From: Podarcis erhardii
Lineage: Eukaryota
Assembly: GCA_964252035.1 (NCBI GenBank)
Contig: OZ176205.1
Reading direction: 5' to 3' (one strand)
Length of the DNA stretch: 64,000 bases
Part shown: piece after piece, positions 12,525-22,963 of the stretch
Layout of the letters: every line of letters begins with the position of its first letter
How positions within the stretch are numbered: position 1 is the first letter of the stretch
Notes under the pieces: model-generated
The model's input: the letters and a program-made list of their open reading frames with translations, nothing else
What the model was told of the DNA's origin: nothing
Database searches by the model: none
Position numbers and translations under genes: made by a program

Positions 12525-15500
12525 CAATAGAAAAGAGTTTTGTGTATCTAGGATTTGAAAGTGAGTAAAAGGGCAAACTTTTACCAGGTTATGGGTGAAA
12601 TTACGTTACACAGAACATGTTCTCAAAGCCTGATTATATCCTTGATTCAACATATTAAGCTGCATTTGTTGAATATTAAAACTAACAATTTAGCATGGTT
12701 GGTGCTGGAAAGAGTTGCATCAAAAGATGGCCACAATTATTGTGAAGGTAACTTTTCTAACTTTTAAGGTAACTTTTAAGGTCAACTTCATTGAGATAAA
12801 TTGAGAAGTTGGTTATGGGACAACTCAATCACAGTAAGTAAAGTACGGTACAATACAGTAAGATGAATATTAAATATTGTTCTGTTCAATAGACGGTCAA
12901 GAAGCCGATCAAGGAGACGATCTCACTCAAAATCAAGAAGCAGGAGACGATCTAAAAGTCCTCGGCGACGGAGGTCGCATTCCAGAGAGCGTGTTAGAAG
13001 GTCTCGGAGCACATCCAAACCCAGGTAACCCCTAGAAACTTAGTACATCCTTCAATACGAAAAGTATCAGAATACAATCTTGGCTATTAGAAACTCAGAG
13101 CTATAGCTACAGGAGTTTGATAAATTCATTATGCAAGGAAAGTGAGAGAGTTAATCTGCTTGTACCTTTTTTATCTAATTGGTTTTTTAGAGACAAAAAG
13201 AAAGAAGAGAAAGAGAAGAAACGGTCTAAAACTCCACCAAAGAGTTACAGCACAGCCAGACGATCCAGAAGCACAAGCAGGTGCCGTATAATCTATAAAC
13301 TTGCATTTACTTTGCAAAAGTAATTGTGCATATCCTGCTGCATCGGACTGACGAAAAGAGGGTTATATAATATCAAAGAAAAGCATTTTCTTTGAACTAC
13401 AGGGCTTCACATAACAAAGATGATGTAAAACATACTTAATGAGTTCATTTATGTAAGTTTTTCCTGTTTTGAGAGCCAGCAGACCCATTTCATGCAGGTA
13501 TCTTGCAGTCTGAACTGTAGGTAGGCAGGTTGCTCTTTCCTATACACATAGCCCCCTTTTACTTTCCATTTCTAAGGAGCAACAAAACCATAGGGTTGTA
13601 TCTGACACTGTGTGAGCAGAAAGCAAGCTGATGTGAGAGATCTTTACCTTCCCTTCCTCACCCCATACCTTCTCCCCAAAAAGCCTGTCCAAAGGTCAGC
13701 TGTCCCCCCCCCAACCAACCAAGGAAGGCAATAGTTAATTCTTTATTGACAAAAGCTCACACTTACAGCAGCTCCTAAGGTGCACCAGAAGCATACAAAC
13801 GCTTCTAGTGTTTACGTAGCTGGCATTAACTTTCCCATGTTTGTGCCCCAGTGGAGCAGTTGAAGCAACAGTGGGACCATGCGCTCTCCCCGCAGGCTTA
13901 TGTATCCTCATTTGACGGAGTACAAACACACACACAACCTGCGACTTCTCTTGCACAGAAGTCGTTGCTGTACCTCCCTCTTCAAGACCCTTCTGGTTCT
14001 GTATAGACAACATGGGTATGATGGGAATGTTAAAGTGATACTAAAAAACAATGGAGATGTTTATTTGAAGGCATCTTGACTTCTGTTATTAATTACAGAG
14101 AAAGACGGCGCAGAAGAAGCAGAAGTGGATCTAGGTCACCTAAAAAGCCCAGGTCTCCCAAGAGAAAGCCGTCCAGGTCTCCTTCACCAAAAAGGTTTGT
14201 TTGTAGACTTCTGCTTTGGGAAGGACACAGTGAGAAGGCAGCTGTCTCATTGTTGCAAGGAAATCCTTGGAGCATGTTATTTTGTTAATAAGTGTACTTA
14301 GATTACCATGACTGTGGCCATTTGAGCAAACAATGGTATATACTGGGATATGTTAAAAGGATTATAGCTTTTATTATGTTATTTTTATAAATGTTCTTTG
14401 CTATATAACATCATGTCAAAATTGGTGACCATATAAATTGTAGAATTTCCTCTTTTTTATATCTGTACACATCTTGGTTTATTTAGTGTCTCCATTGTTG
14501 TCCTACTTTATGGTTAATTAGCGGCTAGTGCCTGATGCTGCCTGTGATTTTTTAGAAACAAAAAATACTGTGTTTTTGAAAGGAACAGTGTAGTTTGTGA
14601 GTTGGCCCTATCACACCCAAAATTGGGTGAAATAATTTCTTAGTCTGCCATCTTGATTCAGGATGGCACCCAGAACCCTTGTGGTGATTCTGGTAATGGT
14701 AATTTGAGAGGTGGCCGAAGCTATGTCAAAATGGCCAAAGTCACACTAAAGTGATGTTTCAGTGCACCACCTTGATTCACAATGGTGCCAAGTAGCAACG
14801 AAGTCTTCTGTCCCGCCGAAGGAACCCTCATGCTAAGTTTGGTGATGATATTGTGAGAAGCAACCAAACCTGTGCCAAAAATTGAAGAAGTGACATTTCT
14901 CTCTGCTGACTTGATTTAAAATGTCAACCAGCATCCAAACATTTACAAAGATCACTATCCCCACTTTGTTTGGCAATGATATCTCAAGAGGCAGCTGCAC
15001 CTATAGAGAACAGACGGACAGACAAATCCCTTTCCAAAACTAAAATCAGATTGATGGGAGGGCTTGTTACATTCATTTTAGTGCTTGTAGCCAATACGGT
15101 TGATATTTTTGTGTGAATAATTTGATATACTTCTAAGGAGAATGGAATTGTTTGGATGGGTTTTAGTAAACTAGCTTTTATAGAATTATAGGCAAGAGTA
15201 AATTTCTTTAGCTTGAATCTGAATATTACCAACAGATCAGTCCAGCAAAAATCTCACCCCTCGGCAGAACCAGTTTTGGATTTACAGCTTGCCATAACCA
15301 TACTTTTTGTTCAAATTTGGCTTCTGGCTACTTGAAAGGGGGCGGGGAGGAGAACTGAAATATTTCACTGATCCTACAAAATGCCTATATTTCTCAGTTT
15401 CTTGAATTATCTTACTGCCTTAGGCACAAAAAAGAGAAGAAAAAGGATAAAGACAAGGAGAGAACCAGGGATGAACGCGAGAGGTCAACAAGCAAGAAGA

Positions 15501-15871
15501 AAAAGAGTAAAGACAAAGAGAAGGATCGAGAGAGAAAGTCAGAGAGTGACAAGGATGTCAAAGTATGCTTTAAAAATCTGTTTTGTTTGTTTGTGCAATG
15601 CCCTACTTAATCCTAGAATCCCAAGAGCCTTTAAGCATGTCTTACATATTTTGCTTTGTGTTTTATCTTGGCAAAGCAGGTCACAAGGGATTATGATGAA
15701 GAAGAACAAGGCTATGATAGTGAAAAAGAGAAAAAGGAGGAGAAGGCAGCAGATTCTACTTCCCCAAAACATAGGGAGTCACCAGCCGAAAAAGGGAGCG
15801 GAGATACAACAAGGGAGTCCAAAGTCAATGGGGATGATCATCATGAAGAGGATATGGATATGAGTGACTGA
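1123..15871 (+). CDS. SRSF11: Serine/arginine-rich splicing factor 11 (p54), 5'-partial; coding exons 1123-1256, 5459-5568, 7334-7426, 9949-9998, 10967-11094, 12318-12399, 12893-13024, 13191-13280, 14099-14194, 15424-15562, 15677-15871
   Basis: Joined exons read DSPLPVSSRVCFVKFQEPDSAVVAQHLTNTVFVDRALIVVPYAEGVIPDETKALSLLAPANAVAGLLPGGGLLPTPNPLSQIGAVPLAALGAPTLDP...RS-rich domain...ESKVNGDDHHEEDMDMSD*. This is the recognisable SRSF11 RRM C-half, RS domain and C-terminus. All junctions are AG/GT and phase-compatible (1249 nt = 1 nt + 416 codons). The start-codon exon is upstream of the window. Confidence 0.97.
4198..4449. other. Assembly gap (252 N)
   Basis: Run of N. Confidence 0.99.
4952..5227. 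other. Assembly gap (276 N)
   Basis: Run of N. Confidence 0.99.
5459..5568 (+). CDS. SRSF11: SRSF11 coding exon (GVIPDETKALSLLAPANAVAGLLPGGGLLPTPNPLSQ)
   Basis: ctctgcag|GAGTT...TCTCAG|gtaagt; 110 nt. Confidence 0.95.
7334..7426 (+). CDS. SRSF11: SRSF11 coding exon (IGAVPLAALGAPTLDPALAALGLPGANLNSQ)
   Basis: ttattatag|ATTGGT...TCGCAG|gtatat; 93 nt. Confidence 0.95.
8701..8908. mobile_element. Tc1/mariner-type MITE, 208 bp
   Basis: TIRs CAGTCATACCT...AGGTATGACTG with TA on both sides; no ORF. Confidence 0.85.
9949..9998 (+). CDS. SRSF11: SRSF11 coding exon (SLAADQLLKLMSTVDPK)
   Basis: ctttacag|TCTCTT...CCAAA|gtaagt; 50 nt. Confidence 0.95.
10967..11094 (+). CDS. SRSF11: SRSF11 coding exon (LNHVAAGLVSPSLKTDTSSKEIEEAMKRVREAQSLISAAIEP)
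   Basis: ttctag|GCTGAAC...GAGCCAG|gtaaac; 128 nt. Confidence 0.95.
11195..12030 (+). mobile_element. Decayed CR1 LINE 3' portion (RT C-terminus plus 3' UTR)
   Basis: RDLSNINEWAMNCQMLFSGRKYKV resembles the CR1 DL..L.EWA..WQM.FN..KCKV motif; downstream GATAAATTCATGGAGGATAAGG...TGATCCAGCAGG tail; tail-like fragments also at about 33350-33460 and 52030-52120. Confidence 0.7.
12318..12399 (+). CDS. SRSF11: SRSF11 coding exon (DKKDDKRRHSRSRSRSRRRRTPSSSRHR)
   Basis: attccag|ATAAAA...ACACAG|gtaaaa; 82 nt. Confidence 0.95.
12475..12518. repeat. (AT)22 microsatellite
   Basis: Read directly. Confidence 0.95.
12893..13024 (+). CDS. SRSF11: SRSF11 coding exon (RS domain, RSRSRSRRRSHSKSRSRRRSKSPRRRRSHSRERVRRSRSTSKPR)
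   Basis: ttcaatag|ACGGTC...CCCAG|gtaacc; 132 nt. Confidence 0.94.
13191..13280 (+). CDS. SRSF11: SRSF11 coding exon (DKKKEEKEKKRSKTPPKSYSTARRSRSTSR)
   Basis: ttttttag|AGACAA...AAGCAG|gtgccg; 90 nt. Confidence 0.94.
14099..14194 (+). CDS. SRSF11: SRSF11 coding exon (ERRRRRSRSGSRSPKKPRSPKRKPSRSPSPKR)
   Basis: aattacag|AGAAAG...AAAAAG|gtttgt; 96 nt. Confidence 0.94.
15424..15562 (+). CDS. SRSF11: SRSF11 coding exon (HKKEKKKDKDKERTRDERERSTSKKKKSKDKEKDRERKSESDKDVK)
   Basis: tgccttag|GCACAA...GTCAAA|gtatgc; 139 nt. Confidence 0.94.
15677..15871 (+). CDS. SRSF11: SRSF11 last coding exon (QVTRDYDEEEQGYDSEKEKK...EEDMDMSD*)
   Basis: NAGNAG acceptor gcaaag|CAG|GTC (start 15677 or 15680); TGA stop 15869-15871. 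Confidence 0.95.
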   Translation, partial: QVTRDYDEEEQGYDSEKEKKEEKAADSTSPKHRESPAEKGSGDTTRESKVNGDDHHEEDMDMSD

Positions 15872-16974
15872 ATATTGCCTTGGCAGTGAAAACAGTTGCC
15901 GACATGCATCAGTGTCATTCCTGTGTGATTCCTTTATGCTGTACTTGTTTAACCTTTTAAGCTAGATGTACACAGCTGTAACTATAACTGGTTGTAAAGC
16001 TCCTGATATTAAATAATTACATCAAAAGCTTTAGAGAAAGTGATGTCTGGGTTTCCATTCTTGTTATTGGCCAAACTGAATTGAGTAGCCCAGCAGTTCT
16101 TATTAAACTTGGTGCTGCTTTTTTCATTTTTGAGCAAAAAGCTGCATGCATCTTTGGCAGGCATGGACTGTTTGTGTTGTATGATCTTTTTAGTAAACCA
16201 GCTCACCTACAATAGTGTTTCTAGAGTTTGATTCATTTGCGGTAATAGAGCAAAATAGGGAATGCACTGGCTGCATGTTAACTGTGGCAAGAACATCCTC
16301 ATCTCCTACAACATGGTGGATCTACTAAGGGTCTTAAATGTAGACAAAGAAACTAACATTAGCTTCATCTGGAAACAAACGTTCTGATAGAGATAGATAA
16401 CCTTTTTAGCCTTGTGGCTAAATCTTTTTGTTGTGGATTTGTTTGGCTTTGGCAAGGTTGAAATGCACTAGCCTTTTTTGATGCCCAATGTAAGGTGAAC
16501 TTCGAGTCTAAATCCTTCTCAGGTGGTGTGTTTGATTTTTGACAACTTGGACTTCTTGAGATAGTAATGCAAAACTTCTGTAAGACAGGAGGGAGTGAAC
16601 CTTGTGTAGTTAGTTCTTCATAACCTGCGTTTATTTCATTTTGTTTGTATGTGTAAAAACCCTGCAAAAAAGGATAGTGCATTTAAAAAAATTGAACTTC
16701 ATGATAATTTTAAAACATGATGATTTTAAAACAAGTCTACTTGATAATGTACTTGATCGCAAGTTGTATAAACTAATAAATTTGTGTTACAGTCACTGAA
16801 GTAGTAACCTTTTGCACACAGTGATTTCCTGTTATTATGCAAAGTAGTTGGGCAACCTCTTTTAGTTCTGGACGTTTTTGGAGCATTTACTTTTGTGCTG
16901 GTAAAAACAAAAGTAGGCTACAGTCTGTGCCATGTTGATGTACAGTTTCTGAAATTGTTTTACAAGACTTTGAT

Positions 16975-16980
16975 AATAAA
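16975..16980 (+). terminator. Candidate SRSF11 polyadenylation signal (AATAAA); a second at 16775-16780
   Basis: AATAAA hexamers about 0.9 and 1.1 kb after the stop, followed by U/GU-rich sequence; usage not verifiable from sequence. Confidence 0.55.
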
Positions 16981-19056
16981 ACCCTTAAATATACACTTGT
17001 ATTTGTACTACAGTGTACATGTATCTATTTATGCTATTGACTTGTATGGCATTACCTCACCTGTCTCCTATTCACGTTTCCACTTTGGACCAGGCATAAA
17101 CTGATGCATAACTCTGCTTCCAGGCATTTCCCACATTACTTTGGGAATGGGAGAACAAACAAAAAAAGTGTTACAGCAAGTCCTTAAAAGAGGAAATATA
17201 CAATGTAGTCTAAAGCTTTCGTTATCACTGGAATGTCAACTCCTGTATTTCTATTTTTAAAAAGTGGGAAAATAAGGTATCATCCAAGTGCCATTCATTC
17301 TGAATGCCAATCTGTCAAAGAAAACTTGCTCTGATAACCAGTGGAGGCTGATAGAAGTTACATGTTAGTTGGGTGGGTAACCTGTGACCCTCTAAATGCT
17401 GTTCCACTCTCAACTCCCAGCAATATGGCTGGGCGTTAGGATGATGGAAATTGTAGTCCAACATCATGTGGAGAGTCACAGGTTAGCCATGCCTGACCTA
17501 CATTATTTGTTTGAATTTTATAAATTTAACACAAGTAGCATATGAAAATGACATTTTTCCACAGGTGTTTTACAGTGAAAATTGCTATTTAGAATAACTT
17601 CTTAGAATTTATGGATATGTAACTTTCTAAATAACTGTGAGGTATTTTCTCAATATAGTGAAGTATATAAAGAATGTCTCCCAGCCTTTTTTTTTCCTAG
17701 AAAAAATGTAACCTTACCCTCAGAAGATAATGAAGCGCTCTTGTCTTTAGATAACTCCACTGATGAGTATGTGCTGGAAGTCTCGGTTAATTGTTGTGGT
17801 TATTTGTGACTATACAAAGCAATTCAAAAGCAATCCGTTTATGCTGAGGTCTCAAAAGTAAATTGAAACTGTTTTGGCGCTCCTAAGGGCCAAACTAGAT
17901 GATGCATTAAATGTGATTGTAGTTTCACACCTTCCCAAGTTTTGTTTTTTGAAAAATAGCTATATGATGGGGAACTAGTCTAGGAATGCAGAGAGGAGAT
18001 GCATAACATTTTCCCCAAACTGTGTGCACACAAAACACACAGCTGTTAAGGGTGGAAACTGCTGCTTTTCTCTGTCGAACAGCTTAGGGGTCGTCATTGG
18101 GTCTCCAATGCCTTTATTTATTTAGACATGCAAATATGATTCATTGTTTTTAAACGTCTATTTTGGCACCTTGGCGAGCTTGTGAAAAATGGAATAATAA
18201 AAAAAGCAAGTGACTCAAAACCTGCATATAGAAATAAGTGTGGCTCAGATGTAGACTGACTATATACTTCTGTAAAGCAGCACGCACACTGATGCAGCAT
18301 TCCTGAAGCTGGTGTATCCTGAGCAAAGTTGTCTGCAAAACAGTCGTTTTTTGGCATTTCCCTGAGAATCAAAATGCATTCTGGTCTATGTCAAAGCTGA
18401 CCTTCAATCCCGTATAGACCATGACCTCAAGTTATGACAGCAGTTATGATACAATCTCCTGAAACACATGGTAGCTGCTAATCCAGCACCATTCCACACA
18501 GGTGCTGTGAGAGGGAGGTCCTGGCGTATGCAGCTTGTCACTTCTTGGGCAACGTGAAAAGGGTGGCCATCACTGATCAACTTTTAGCCAGGTAGATGGT
18601 ATGTGGAGATACTACCGTTTAACAAATAGGGCCTCCACATTTGTGCTGTCAGCTTGGAGGCAACACCATGAAGTGAGCAATCTGCTACTGTTCACAAACG
18701 AGCATTTTGTATCTAAGGGAATGCTTTGGAGGGATCCTTTACTTCGTAGGTCTGCTGAGGATATCTTGTTGAAATGAATTGGTTGGTTGTGCGATTTGAA
18801 TTTCCTTGGCTCCCATGTTCTGTGCCAAGAGAGATCTTTTGTACCCATTTTTGAAGCTGTCGTCTTGAGTAGAATCCTGCTGAGGAGGAAAAAAAGCTCA
18901 CTCTCCTTTACAAAGACTCTCCTTGACTAGTCTCAAAAGGAAAGACTAAAGTGTCAATATAGTGTGCTGCTCAGCTGATTTCATCTTTAGGAATATAAGG
19001 CTCACCCCATAAAGCTAGAGACTGAAAACAACAAAGATGCACTGAAAATTGAGGAT

Positions 19057-19062
19057 TTTATT
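19057..19062 (-). terminator. Candidate distal polyadenylation signal of ANKRD13C (AATAAA on minus strand)
   Basis: tttatt on plus, about 3.8 kb beyond the stop at the far end of an AT-rich tract; other hexamers lie closer, so this is tentative. Confidence 0.3.
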
Positions 19063-22000
19063 GAAAAATTGACCAATAAAATGTCCTTGTGAAAGTGATA
19101 CACTGTAACATCCTTTTTCTTTAGCCTTCCTCTAATAAGGAGGAAGTGTCCACACATGGTAGAATAGATTTCTGAAAATGTCCGTATGTTCAGTCTCAAA
19201 AGCAAACAGCATCTTTTGGTCTTTATTCTAAGTGGTACAACCAAAAACACTATTAGTGAAGGTGAGTTTAGATTAGACAAAGAACACATGAAATATACAA
19301 AAAAAATGACATTAGGTTTTCACAATTATAAACTGTCAAAATAAAATTTGCAGCATTATAGGAAGTTTGTTAATAAAGTTTAAATAATGTAATTAACTTT
19401 TAATGAATCAAAATCAACAAGTATATATTTAAAAAATGAACTTTTTGAATATATTATGCTTCAACTTAAGGTAGGTTTCCAGCACAGATTTATATCCACA
19501 GTTGTACTATCTGATAAAAATTGCTAGGTATCCATCACTTGCAGTTTAAAACTTAAATAAGGAGACAAAACATCAGCTGCTTGGAAAGAAAGATTATTCC
19601 CTTCGCCACAAGTTAAAGCAATAATTTGGAAGACCAGTAAAACTGAGTTTGGTTAAGGAAGAGCTCAGGGGTTTCTTTTTAAAAAGATCCCATATTTATG
19701 CCTACCAATACACTTTGCTTGGTTTCTAAGAGGACATACGGTACTTCAGAGAAGTTTCAAAAGCCTCAAAGAAAAGTCAAGTTCATGTATACTTCTGCAT
19801 CAGACTAAAATATTTAGAATGCTACTTCCTTTACACTCTTGCTTCCCGCAGATGTTATATCCAACAATGACCTATAAGCATGCAAGAGGCACTTAACCTA
19901 TAATCTGGCCTCTTTCTGGTTCTTCTATTGCGATACTTTAGCACAGTTTGCATGAATGCTGCTTCACAATGCACCCCCACCCTGCTTTCCCAATACCCTT
20001 GTGAGATAAAAAAATCCTTGAGAAAGATTCAAATCTTCTCCAGGACACAGTAATAATGCCCAACTGAAATTCCTAGCTGTGACACTGCTATGTCAGAAAA
20101 TATAAGTGCTTAACTACTAAGTGCCAAATAATTTGGATTCATTTATCTCTACTCTTCTTTAATAACCAAGTATCAAAATCTCAGATCCAAGACTTCCTAA
20201 TCCAGCGGTAAACTCTTGGGAATATTACTGCGGGCATGGAGCTCCCTTTACTGAGGTGTTTTTTTCCCCAGAGTCAATGTACAACATTCCTATTGCATGG
20301 GTTGCTAAACTACCTGAATTGACATACCAGGAGCTTAATGCATACCAGAGATCTGCTTGTATATGCATCTGCTTGCAGACGTTTTGCCAGCAACAATGGG
20401 TGCTGCTTCTTCCTGAAAATCCACTACTGGAACAAAACTAAACTCCCTTTATGTAGCTACAATTTTTTTTAATGGGATGAAATACAACATAAACTGAAAT
20501 CTTTAAAGTAGGGGTGTAACAGACTAACATTGCTCCGAAATCACTTCTGTCCTCCAAAATGGTGCAGCACCTCCAACCGGTTTAAGCCCTTCTTCACAGA
20601 AGGACACAAGGTTGTGACTTGAACAGCACAAAGTTCATTGTTTTTTGTTACCGTGAAAGGAGACCCACTTGCTAGACATTAGTCTGACAGCTCATGGGCT
20701 AACATTTATTTTTGTAGAGCTCGATGAAAAACAACTTTGGCATTATTTATCCAGTAATTTTACATATGTAGGAGATGACCAATTGCATATTTCCACAGTT
20801 TAGTGGCCATCACCTATCAAGCCCATACCACACACCATTCATTGGTGTGAGAACAGCATTGTAAATATCATTTTAAGCATCTCAGCTGTTTTATGAAATA
20901 CTCCCAGGATGGGTAACATGAAGTGTCAAGCACCTTCAAATCCAATGTCTCCTACAGAAATTATCTGGCAGGGGAAACACCATGATTTTTTTATATATAT
21001 AAAAAATATTGACAAAACAGCTCTGCCTTCAAAGTTCATTTTCTATTTACAGGCAGACAATATCCTCTGACAGTGGATACTGGTAGTGAAATGGAACTTT
21101 CCACAATATGGCAGCTACAATGATATACTAAGCCAGCAGAACTGTCAGTCTTCACTGTCAACGTCACTCAGGATTGAAGCTTTAAACAAATTTACAGTCT
21201 TTGTTGATTTGGGCCCCTATTTTAGGTCATGAAGATTTTTTTTTCTCGTGAGTTTCCTCTCTGCACACTGCAACAGTACAAAGCTATAGGACTTGGGAAT
21301 ATGCTTTAAACCTTTTTCCTGGCAAAGGTTATGTGGCTCATGAGTCTGGTTTTACTGTGCACTGTGACTCACCTCGGCCCATTTGACATTCCAAGTTATC
21401 ACCAGCACTGAGTGTGTTAACTAGCATGGTGGCTTAAGTCTGAAAGTGACTTGAGCAGTTTCCAAAAGAAGAAAAAAATGACTAGACTGCACAAAGAATA
21501 TACCTTTGAAAATATTTACATTTCTGTACATTTACACATCACTGGAAGCTAATAAGCCTTGGAATACAAATGAACATAGTACTGACAATTCTGGACACAT
21601 TCTTTCCAGTAGAGCAAAAAAGGCTAGTTTCTCTTCAAGTTTCATACAGTGGAACCATATGAAGATTCTAATTTTTTTTATTAGAAAAACAACAACCCTT
21701 CTGAATAAAAATGAACATTCTTCTTTCTGTAGCTACCCATGCTGGAAATACCTTAATTATTCTTGTACTTTCATTTTTGTACTCTCCACCCCCAATCTAT
21801 TGCAATCCCTATTCACATCTAGGTTTGCACTTTGGGAAATGAAAGCGTAAACCAAGATTATTGTAGTAATATATTCAATATATTCCCAAATACTACTGGA
21901 TAACAAATACAAGTTTAGTAGGTTTGATGGGCAGCTTTTATGGCGCTGAGGAACCCAAAAGAATGTCAGCGATTCAACCTGTGGGCTGTTTAATAATCTC

Positions 22001-22832
22001 CAAGCATGCTCTCCAACGAACACAGCAAGGACATTTCCAACCAGCTTGGGTGGGGAGGGCAGAGGGGATATCTGCAGATTTATATAAGATTAGTAACAAC
22101 TTTCATTGGAGAAATGATAGGTTGCCGGGGGGGGGGGGGGGAGAGAATATGAATAGCACCACAATGAATTGCACTAAGGTGCTAAAGGAGGTACCTTATT
22201 CCCTGCAGAGTGAAGGCTCTAATTCTGACACGTATTGCAGTAAATGAATGCAACTGTTTAAATTTGGTTCATTCATCTGCAGAAAATCAATTCCTTCTAC
22301 TATATGCTCAATTTACTGAACAAATATTACAGAATTTACAATATATGAAAACAAAGCTCGAAGGAAGGTTATAAGAGCAGCTTAAGTAAGATGGGTATTT
22401 TAAAGGGCTAATAGCCAGGTAAGACATTTTAGTTCTTTATGCTAATGGTCCAAGGGTGCTTTTATTACCGAGAAATGTAAAAAATTTAAGAACAAATTAC
22501 AGTCCTTATAGCTGTTATGTAAGTTTGGGGGGGGGCAGAGGGAACTTACTGAGGTGCCAGGCTATCATGCTTGCAGGTCTGGATGTATAAATGCATGTGA
22601 CACAGCAGGAGACCAGCTTTCGTTTAGACACTAGGTGGATGCTTGCTATATGGTACTACTGATTGAGTTTCATGGTGTGTTCCCTTTCTGGTTTCATTTT
22701 AGCGAGTTCTGTCCCTTCGTACTTCACCCACTTTTAGACAGATGTCTGTGGGCTACCTGCATCCTCTCTCTCCCTGTCTCCTTGTGGCATGCTGGTATTT
22801 TCTTTTTATTTACTGCTAACTTTCCAGTTAAG

Positions 22833-22963
22833 TTAGAGATCAGGGAAGCGGCTAGGGTCCTCCTTGTAGTCATCAGGAATAGTGAAGATTGATTCATCAA
22901 ACTCATCATAGCGAAACTCCTGAAAAGTCACAGTGGCTGTGATGGTTGGAAATACAGGTATAT
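22833..22963 (-). CDS. ANKRD13C: ANKRD13C exon 13, last coding (DIPVFPTITATVTFQEFRYDEFDESIFTIPDDYKEDPSRFPDL*)
   Basis: ttcctag|ATATA...CTC TAA; 131 nt including stop. Confidence 0.95.

Noticed and set aside
14560-15030. Repeat-like tract with CCAAGTTTGGTG-type motifs (a similar one at about 7560-7700)
   Set aside because: Looks like an old interspersed repeat, but I could not define ends, TSDs or a family, so it is not listed as a feature
17761-17850. Possible box C/D snoRNA (TGATGA...CTGA about 90 nt apart)
   Set aside because: No terminal stem, apparently not intronic, and only about 8 nt (CGTTTATG) of apparent rRNA complementarity; a snoscan/Rfam search would be needed to revive it
18100-18900. 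Short ORFs between the SRSF11 and ANKRD13C 3' ends suggesting a hidden gene or pseudogene
   Set aside because: No recognisable protein similarity, splice architecture or promoter
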